A stretch of 7,508 nt of DNA, from positions 401,510 to 409,017 of the forward strand of contig VRVR01000011.1 of the NCBI GenBank assembly GCA_009859145.1, read 5' to 3'. The position numbers and the translations under genes were made by a program. Shown here in pieces: positions 1 through 6,478 of the stretch; position 1 is the stretch's first letter; every line of letters starts with the position of its first letter. The DNA comes from Andalucia godoyi And28 (lineage: Eukaryota > Protista > Jakobida). Under the pieces are notes generated by a model. It did not search any database and was not told the DNA's origin. It saw nothing but the letters and a program-made list of their open reading frames with translations.

Positions 1-62
1 AAAACAATAATAATAAGAAGAAAATTCAATTTTTAATTTAATTAAAAAAAATAAATAAAAAA
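1..62. other. A/T-rich low-complexity intergenic tract upstream of the hydrolase gene
   Basis: Almost entirely A/T with long A runs, against roughly 50% GC in the adjacent CDS. An in-frame TAA at 39-41 closes the hydrolase frame upstream, so ATG132 is the first available start. Confidence 0.8.
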
Positions 63-131
63 AACGAGCGCGCAAAGAACACCGAATCATCAGACGCAGA
101 CGGAAGCCAAGCGTGGTGCAGTTTTTCTGCA

Positions 132-1382
132 ATGTGCAGCAGCATTGTGATTTGTGGAGATTTGGCGAGCACTGCACAAGACGTATGCAATGCGCTTGCA
201 GAGGTCGATAGTTCGAGCCGCAACAAATGGCTGTTCCTCGATGTATCGCAAGACTGGAACGTCGTATTGAATGCATTCTCCGCTGCGCAGGCACAGCTCG
301 TTGTCTTTCTTGATTATTTCGAACGTTTTGAAGATGCGAGGCACGCATTTCCGCAGAGGTTTGACGCCCCATTTGACTTTTTGCCGACTCATCCCAGTTT
401 GCGGGACGCTGTGGAATGTTTTTCGTGGATTGCGGATCATGATCGGCACTTCGCGTCTCTTGCAGTATTTTTCAGTTCCAGCTCCAGCATCCGCTCTGGT
501 GAGGTGCGTGTCCCTGAGCTGTGTTCGAGAGTGCTGGAGATTGTGTCCGCCATGAAGCTTGGTGGCTCCCATGAGGCGTTACGCAAGTCTCCAAAACCTA
601 CGTCCATTGCTCCAAGCGGTGCATTGATTCGAGAGTTTCGCAATTCTGCGGGACATGTGCTCACTGGAGAATGGTCGACACCGGCGTGCGTGGAATCGCC
701 CGCTAAGGAGTGCGCCGTCCTCATTCATGGATTAGGCGGCAGTCGCAACGATTCGCTGCTGGAGGAAATTGCTAGCGCAATTCCAGTCGCATCGTTTCGA
801 TTCGATTTATCGGGAAATGGGGAGTCAGAAGGAAAGCGGTTTTTTGGCAATGTGTACCAGGAGCTCTGCGACCTCGTCTCCGCGATCGAATATGTCCAAA
901 GCATCGAAGGTGTTCGTGTTCGATACTTGATAGGCCATTCCCAGGGTGGAACGCTTGTGCTGATGCTTGCGAGTTTACTTTCGTCTTTCTCGCTGATTCA
1001 CCCCAATACTGTGGTTGTAGATATTGCCGGAAGGTTGAATTCTCCTCTTGCGACAGAGCGATTTGCGTCCCCAAAGATGAAGGCAGAGCTTGCAAAATTG
1101 CGACAAGAAGAAGACTTTGAATGGTTCAACATGCAAGTCAATGCGAGCCGCGTCCACACAAGAATGACAGTTGACTTGCCCAGAAATGTCGTCCATAGTC
1201 CGTTCATTGTCCATGCGATCCACGGCACAAAAGACCCAGTGGTGCCTTGTGAAGACAGCAGACAGCTCGTCACACTGATCGCTCGCTGTTCATTGCATCT
1301 CGTGCACGATGCAGACCACAGCTTCACCAAGCACCGCGCAGAAGTCTTGGACGTTGTTACGAAAATTGTAAAGACTTGCTAA
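132..1382 (+). CDS. Alpha/beta-hydrolase fold serine hydrolase (esterase/lipase-like) with an uncharacterised N-terminal domain, 416 aa
   Basis: Uninterrupted ATG..TAA ORF. Motifs appear in canonical order: oxyanion-hole LIHGLGG, FRFDLSGNGESEG, nucleophile elbow GHSQG (Ser270, nt 939-941), HGTKDPVV (Asp368, nt 1233-1235), DADHSF (His396, nt 1317-1319). Substrate cannot be assigned. Confidence 0.92.
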   Translation: MCSSIVICGDLASTAQDVCNALAEVDSSSRNKWLFLDVSQDWNVVLNAFSAAQAQLVVFLDYFERFEDARHAFPQRFDAPFDFLPTHPSLRDAVECFSWIADHDRHFASLAVFFSSSSSIRSGEVRVPELCSRVLEIVSAMKLGGSHEALRKSPKPTSIAPSGALIREFRNSAGHVLTGEWSTPACVESPAKECAVLIHGLGGSRNDSLLEEIASAIPVASFRFDLSGNGESEGKRFFGNVYQELCDLVSAIEYVQSIEGVRVRYLIGHSQGGTLVLMLASLLSSFSLIHPNTVVVDIAGRLNSPLATERFASPKMKAELAKLRQEEDFEWFNMQVNASRVHTRMTVDLPRNVVHSPFIVHAIHGTKDPVVPCEDSRQLVTLIARCSLHLVHDADHSFTKHRAEVLDVVTKIVKTC

Positions 1383-1443
1383 TTCAATGCAGCCGCTATG
1401 TTTGCGGTTTGCTCTCCTCAATTCTTAGAATGCACGAGCTTCA

Positions 1444-1476
1444 AAAAAATAGTAATTAAAATAAAATAAATAAGAG
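1444..1476. other. A-rich tract ~60 nt after the hydrolase stop; possible 3'-end/polyadenylation region
   Basis: aaaaaaatagtaattaaaataaaataaataaga, containing AATAAA-type hexamers. Function is inferred from position only. Confidence 0.45.
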
Positions 1477-1621
1477 AAGGCAGATGTTGAACTGGTCCAC
1501 TTCTGTCGTAGTGCTTCGCTGTTGTGGTTTGTCGGAGAATTTCATGCGTAGCAGATAGGTCAACGTCCTCCCAAAAAAGAAAAAGAAAGGCTGAGGGTTT
1601 TTTGGTCCTGGCTGCTGCCTC

Positions 1622-1748
1622 GTTTCCTTTATCTGCCTCTCAGCATTCTTCTCTTCTTGTTATTTTTTAATTTTTACTTCGAAAATATACTTCCGTCTCT
1701 TTCTTCGCCTTAATTCTTTTTTCTCCCTTTAACATTCCTCCTTCCAAG
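1622..1748 (+). promoter_or_regulatory. Long polypyrimidine tract ending in AG just before the ATG at 1750 (possible splice or trans-splice acceptor, or pyrimidine-rich 5' region)
   Basis: About 125 nt dominated by T/C, with TTAAC at 1729-1733, AG at 1747-1748 and ATG at 1750. The tract is seen directly; its role is inference. Confidence 0.4.
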
Positions 1749-1749
1749 G

Positions 1750-3909
1750 ATGAAATTCGCAACATTCTCCTGCATATTGCTTGGGCTTTTGGCCCTTGGA
1801 ACTGCGTCAATAGTGTACGAACCGGGCTTCGTCTACGAGTATGACCTGTCGACGGAGGTACATCATATTGGACAAATTTCTGCAGATGCCTCTAAGAAAT
1901 CGTCTTTTTTCATTACTTGCCATGTCGAGCTTACCTGTCTTGCAGTCGATGCGAACACTGGATCTTCAAATCTCAAACTGTTTGTGAGCGACATTGTGGT
2001 TCGGAAGGCGGAAGACGCTTCCCCCGTTCCCTCCCGCGAAAACTTGGATTCCTTTTTCGAGACGCCTGCGTATTTCACCCATACCGCAAGTGGCCATATC
2101 GAGGATGTGATGCTGCCGATATCGGATACCGTCTTCGTCGACCATTTATACAAGGCGATCTTGTCTGCACTGAATGTCCGGTTGGAGACTGGTCTGCACT
2201 CCATCGAGGATAACGTTGGTCGCCATACTGCGCAGTACAGCGTCTCGAAAGATCCTGTTTCTGGTCAAGTTACTTCGCAGTCGTCATTCAATCAAGACAG
2301 TTTCCAGTCGTTCCCCGATCCGAATGCACATACTTCAAAACTTGCTTTTGTGGGCCAAACAGAGCACAACATCGGGGGTGAAAGCGCCCCGCAGGTCATT
2401 CATTTTGCTTCCGTCTCTCACGAGATGCGAATGTTGAATCCCAATCAATATGCAACGAGCTCGTCTTCGGCAGAGGGCCAGTTTACGGATTCTTCCGTGG
2501 CGTCGATCACGACTACCGGTAGCTTGACGATGACGTGGAACAATCGCCGTCGCCCTGGAATTCTTGGCGCTGCTCTGGACTTGTCCAGCCATCAAAAGGT
2601 TTCGCTGATCAACAGCGTCACTAGCATGCGATCACGCAAGTTCGATCGCGCTGCGGAGCAGTTCGAAACAATGAACATCATTAAGGAACTTCTTGCAGAT
2701 CCGAGCAACATGGCGATTGCCCACAAGCTTGCAGTCCGGATCATGGAAGCTCCGGAGGAGGTAATGTATGTTGAACAGGCTTTGAGTTCTGAGCATAATA
2801 AGGCTAGCCGCCGGAGCTTGCTGTTTGCAATGTCCATGTCGGAGGACGTCAAGGTGCAGCGCGCGCTGCTTCGCCATGGAATTCAGTCTCCCATCGCATC
2901 CGAAAGGACTCAGTCTGCGTTGTACGCCAGCAGAATCAAGAATCGCATGAGTATTCTGGATAAGGAGATTGTGGAGCGTGGTCTTTCCATTACGGAGCCT
3001 ACCGAGGCACTTCCTTCGCACATGCGTGCCGGCACCGATGATTCTTTGTTCCCGAACAACCGCCAGGGATCCTTCGATAAGACCATGGGCCCATCGGACT
3101 TGAGCCTGGACATCTCCGCTTCGTATTTTGCAGGAACGAACTTTGAGTTTTGCAGCGGTGGGCAGCAATCCAAGGATCTTAATTACAAGATTGCCGCTGG
3201 ACTCGATGTGAAAGTGGATGTGTTCGGCTTCCACAAGGATGTTGCGAACGTTGATGCAGCATATGTTGCAGAAGCAGGTGCGACTACCGACAACCATTTT
3301 CGCATCAGTCTGTTTGGCCACACTATTAAAGACACGACGCTTCTCCCGTTTTCTACGACGGCCTGCCCGCCGGAAAATGTGATTGATATTTGGCACGCAA
3401 CCCCTGGTTGGTCAGTCAGCTACACCGTCACTGTGGTGGTCATCCCTGTGACGTTTTCCGTCGGTGTTTCTGCGCAACTCGATGTCTCTCTCGGATATGG
3501 AATTTGCATCCAGGATCTCAAGGCCATTGCCGACCTTCGTCCTTCAGTTACCGTTACCGCTTCGGCGTCTGCGTCTGCGTCGGTTTTGGTCGCCAAAGGA
3601 GGAGTCGAAGTCTCTGGTTCTGTGAACGAACAGCTGCGCCCTGCCGTTTGGGTGAATCTCAATGAGTGCGCGATTGGCGCAAATGTGCATCACATTGCCA
3701 ACCCTGCAGATGTGTCTTTCAACGGTTACTACCAGACACGCACTCTTTCGTGGCACCACTGGCGCCCTCGCATCTCTTGGAGCAACCAGCACCAGAAGAC
3801 GTTCTGGTCGTGGCACAACTCCTACGTGGACGAAGGATTGTTTGGAGAAAAGTGTGCGTTGTTGGATGGGAGCGTCTCGTGCATTCCATACACCGCGACG
3901 GACTACTGA
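1750..3909 (+). CDS. Secreted 719-aa protein, likely a compact large lipid transfer protein (vitellogenin/MTP/apoB N-terminal-like domain)
   Basis: Uninterrupted ATG..TGA ORF with a signal-peptide-like N-terminus (MKFATFSCILLGLLALGTAS). The mature start YEPGFVYEYDL resembles the Vitellogenin_N F/Y-x-P-G-x-x-Y-x-Y start. TPAYFTHTASGHIEDV..HLYKAILSALNV resembles the P-F-x-F..G-x-V/I..N-I-x-R/K-G/A-I-L segment, and EDNVGRHTAQY resembles E-x-D-V-x-G-x-C-x-T-x-Y. A short helical region (~aa 300-410) precedes a beta-strand-rich C-terminus with 6 Cys. The CDS is near certain; the family call is about 0.65. Confidence 0.88.
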   Translation: MKFATFSCILLGLLALGTASIVYEPGFVYEYDLSTEVHHIGQISADASKKSSFFITCHVELTCLAVDANTGSSNLKLFVSDIVVRKAEDASPVPSRENLDSFFETPAYFTHTASGHIEDVMLPISDTVFVDHLYKAILSALNVRLETGLHSIEDNVGRHTAQYSVSKDPVSGQVTSQSSFNQDSFQSFPDPNAHTSKLAFVGQTEHNIGGESAPQVIHFASVSHEMRMLNPNQYATSSSSAEGQFTDSSVASITTTGSLTMTWNNRRRPGILGAALDLSSHQKVSLINSVTSMRSRKFDRAAEQFETMNIIKELLADPSNMAIAHKLAVRIMEAPEEVMYVEQALSSEHNKASRRSLLFAMSMSEDVKVQRALLRHGIQSPIASERTQSALYASRIKNRMSILDKEIVERGLSITEPTEALPSHMRAGTDDSLFPNNRQGSFDKTMGPSDLSLDISASYFAGTNFEFCSGGQQSKDLNYKIAAGLDVKVDVFGFHKDVANVDAAYVAEAGATTDNHFRISLFGHTIKDTTLLPFSTTACPPENVIDIWHATPGWSVSYTVTVVVIPVTFSVGVSAQLDVSLGYGICIQDLKAIADLRPSVTVTASASASASVLVAKGGVEVSGSVNEQLRPAVWVNLNECAIGANVHHIANPADVSFNGYYQTRTLSWHHWRPRISWSNQHQKTFWSWHNSYVDEGLFGEKCALLDGSVSCIPYTATDY

Positions 3910-3965
3910 TCGCAGTCAATATAAAACAAACTTGTATGCAGTTTCGTAAATCCCATGGAGCAGCA

Positions 3966-4546
3966 TTCCCCAGGGTCGTTGAGAAGGATGTTGAAGTCCC
4001 CGCCAATGACCAAAGGCACGCCAGCATGCTGGGACTGCAGGAGACTGATGTTTTTGGAGAGAAAGGCGACAAACTCCCTCCTGTCAGCCACACTGTGCTT
4101 TACACCCTTGCAAGGGGCATATCATGACATTGCAAGAAGAGAGAATGAGCCACATGAGATGAATGCAATGGCAAGCCGAGAGTTGAAGTCAGGGAAACCA
4201 GCAGACGGCTGCGGCACAGGAAGGGATGTAACAGTGACTGAGTCGGCATGCGCATGCCGTCGGACAAGAATGGCACACACCGATCTCTCGCCTTCATAGT
4301 GGATGAAATGAGTGTCAGAGAGCGAAGAGCTATTTGTGATGGGGGAGAGAGAAGAAACGTCGCGTCGCGTTCCTGCAGGAGAATGATGTCCGGGATGTGG
4401 GCTACACGAAGGCCAGCGACAAAGTCGGTAGTGGTTTCCGAAGCATCCTTCTGGTCTCCGACGTGAATGATGAACCAGTCTCGAGTCTCGCGTCCATTAG
4501 GAAGCTCCCTGGCCTTTTGGATGGCAAGCATCGTCGCAGGGTTCAT
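3966..4546 (-). pseudogene. APE/EEP-superfamily endonuclease domain, disrupted and C-terminally truncated
   Basis: Motifs in order: WFIIHVG (nt 4463-4465, at the conserved Asn position), PDIILLQE (Glu at 4370-4372), SVCAILVRR (GVAILV-like), LAMS*YAP (stop at 4122-4124), PLVIGGDFN (3990-4004). There is a possible ATG at 4546. The downstream T..D and SDH motifs are missing. Confidence 0.82.
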
Positions 4547-4726
4547 AAGCACTTTGCTCCACGATTCTGTGCGTGGAACAAATTCCTGAAGGAAACCTGC
4601 AAGGTTGGTAACGAGGTCCGAGTTGACAGGGCCTCCGCGAACAGGCACATCTTTCGTGCGCTCGTATGCAGCCACGAGCTGAGGCAGCGGAAGACGGATA
4701 CGAAGGCGACAGTCTGTCGGAGAGAG

Positions 4727-4747
4727 GAGCCGATGAGCCGATGAGCG
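4727..4747. repeat. 8-bp tandem repeat (GAGCCGAT)x2 + GAGCG
   Basis: Read directly: gagccgat gagccgat gagcg. Confidence 0.8.
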
Positions 4748-4825
4748 GACGTGCCACGGGGCAGAGGGCTTTGGTTCCGGCCGTACAAAGAGGAAACTTG
4801 GGATCCCAAAGTATGTCGTCGAAGG

Positions 4826-4846
4826 CTGAGCCTGACCCTGAGCCTG
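4826..4846. repeat. 6-bp tandem repeat CTGA(G/C)C x3.5
   Basis: ctgagc ctgacc ctgagc ctg; encodes QAQGQAQ on the - strand. Confidence 0.8.
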
Positions 4847-5745
4847 GCGAGCACGACCGTTGGGTGCGACCCTATTCCAGTGTCCATCAGAGCGAGATGC
4901 AGATAGCGCAGAAGAAGAGGCACTTGCTGAAATTTTCGCATTCTAACTCTTCGGAGCAGAAGCAGTACTCAGACAAGGCGCAGCTACAACACACGTGCTT
5001 GTGGCAGGACGCTTGTCAACAGCTCCGGCAACCTGTGCATAAGATTTCGGCTGCTGCTGCGAACCTTGCTGCGACCGTGAACGTGACCGCTTCTGTTTAT
5101 GTTTCTTTCCAAGCAGATTCACGTTGAGGAGCCACATCTGCAGACGGCGCCGCGAGGTAGCAGCCGACACAGGGAACGAACTCCCTGCAGACGGATCACG
5201 GAGTATCTCTTCGGTCAGCGAGTAAAGCACCCATGATGAACTTCCTCGAGAAGAAAGCACAAACGTCACAGCAGAAATAAAGGCAGACAGATAGCAAAGC
5301 CAGTTTCAGTTTAACATGGCCCTTTCCTGTCATCATATGAATATGAGCATCCATGTATAAATCAAGACAGTGCTCTGTGTGAATCACCATGTCAGAGCAG
5401 AGCAAGCTTCTCTTCAGGCAGGCGTTCAGAAGAGATCTTGAATAAACTTCACCAAACACGTACTTACTCAGGCGGCTCTGAGCAGCACGCGGTCTGTCAC
5501 AGGCAACCGGATTAATGGCACTCAGGTTCATCTGGCGACGAAGAGCATCAGTGGGGTTCAGAACTTCAGCCTGGACAGTCTTCGCGGTCGTCAGAGACAG
5601 CAGCGTCCTCCGTAGCCAGAGCATCCTGTCCAAGCGACAGCTGAGCGACATCCACCGAAACACCAGCATTTCGGCAAGGACGTGTCGGCAGGATTAACAT
5701 CATCGACAGCAATCGACAATGAGGCGTCTGCAGTTTCCACGATTG

Positions 5746-5780
5746 AAAACACAAACAGCAGAAGCAACAACAACAACAGA
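5746..5780. repeat. CA-rich low-complexity tract containing (CAA)4CA at 5765-5778
   Basis: aaaacacaaacagcagaagcaacaacaacaacaga; lies just 5' of the - strand element's coding region. Confidence 0.75.
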
Positions 5781-5968
5781 ATTCACAGCAGGCAGCTGCA
5801 AAGAAACCACGTTATTTATTGCCAAACTGGCCACCGAATTTTCCGCGTTTTCACAAGGAAAATCGCTTATTGCGCGAGCGGAGGGGCGTTTCAGGCAAGC
5901 CTTCCAAACCGAAGCGAGAAACGGATTCAGCACCCTCGGTTTCCGTGTTCTTGCCAGTCTCAAACGGA

Positions 5969-6478
5969 ATGTCCATCGAGGAAGCGACTTTCTGGAGCGG
6001 ACTCGGAAACCTGCGACGGAGCATTCGACGAAACGACACCAAGCTCGACCGACATCCATTCCGAGGGCCTGACGAGTTTGTGTTCTATGTGCGATACTTG
6101 GCAGCGTCTCTGTCGACCCGCGAGGATCTGCATGTGATCAGTAACAAATCCGGAGACGACGTTCGGACCATGTGCACCACTTGGTCCGCGCATCTGACAA
6201 CTCTGGCCGGCGCCTTGCAGCGCGGCGAGTACGGTATCCATGCGTGGCTGGCTGCACGCAGCTCGTTTGCGACCCTCGGTGGAGGAGGAACAAGCGCCTT
6301 CAAAGCATCCGACAAGATGATTGCCAGTGGTGCAAAGCGTCCTCAAGGGGTTACGGATATGTACTGTGCGTCTCGGTTCTGTATGGATACGCCCGCGGCC
6401 ACCAGCGTCGAGGCGCGAGTTGTCGTGATCACGGGCGGCCGTCCGACGATTTGCTTGCGGGCTAGAGCAGATGGCTAA
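5969..6478 (+). CDS. Hypothetical protein, 169 aa from the first ATG (frame open from TTG5819)
   Basis: The track start at 5819 is TTG and the first in-frame ATG is at 5969; stop TAA at 6476-6478. It has a plausible helical-looking core (DEFVFYVRYLAASL..CTTWSAHLTTLAGAL..IHAWL) but no recognisable motif. Confidence 0.35.
   Translation: MSIEEATFWSGLGNLRRSIRRNDTKLDRHPFRGPDEFVFYVRYLAASLSTREDLHVISNKSGDDVRTMCTTWSAHLTTLAGALQRGEYGIHAWLAARSSFATLGGGGTSAFKASDKMIASGAKRPQGVTDMYCASRFCMDTPAATSVEARVVVITGGRPTICLRARADG

Larger units (their letters stand above)
3965..5669 (-). mobile_element. Degenerate, RT-less fragment of an APE-type non-LTR retrotransposon (ORF1-like region plus endonuclease)
   Basis: Manual translation of the - strand joins ORF-track pieces 5196-5669, 4943-5269, 4100-4675 and 3903-4091 through stops at 5196-5198 (TGA), 4943-4945 (TAG) and 4122-4124 (TGA) and frame changes near 5097-5105 and 4330-4358. 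It carries ordered APE endonuclease motifs and an upstream basic/low-complexity ORF1-like region. Boundaries are approximate and no TSD was found. Confidence 0.72.
4547..5669 (-). pseudogene. ORF1-like upstream region with Cys cluster, KQKRSRSRS basic patch, SYAQVA motif and Ser/Ala/Gln-rich linker
   Basis: One frame is open from 5669 to 5199 and, across one TGA, to ~5100. A second frame is then open from ~5100 into the endonuclease apart from a TAG at 4943-4945. SYAQV-type motifs after basic patches are common in LINE ORF1 linkers. No domain was confidently recognised. Confidence 0.45.

Noticed and set aside
38-1330. Several short ORFs overlapping the hydrolase (38-226, 90-572, 271-555, 437-724, 772-1095, 975-1223, 998-1330)
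   Set aside because: Shadow ORFs of a well-supported CDS with no recognisable features.
2632-3396. 254-aa antisense ORF
   Set aside because: It is exactly in register with the 719-aa sense CDS, so it is explained by rare TTA/CTA/TCA sense codons, and it has no motifs.
3907-3924. Possible readthrough of the LLTP-like TGA to TAA (adds *SQSI)
   Set aside because: There is no internal TGA in either intact gene, so nothing supports recoding, and a nearby downstream stop is expected by chance.
4091-4127. Intron explanations for the TGA at 4122-4124
   Set aside because: GT-AG pairs spanning it (22, 31, 47, 56 nt) create new stops. The in-frame 36-nt option deletes the conserved YAP motif.
4943-4987. 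45-nt in-frame GT..TAG intron removing the stop at 4943-4945
   Set aside because: Uninformative: any upstream GTN codon paired with a TAG stop gives an in-frame pseudo-intron.
5765-5778. (CAA)n as a retrotransposon 3' tail
   Set aside because: It lies at the 5' side of the - strand element, and no + strand element body precedes it.
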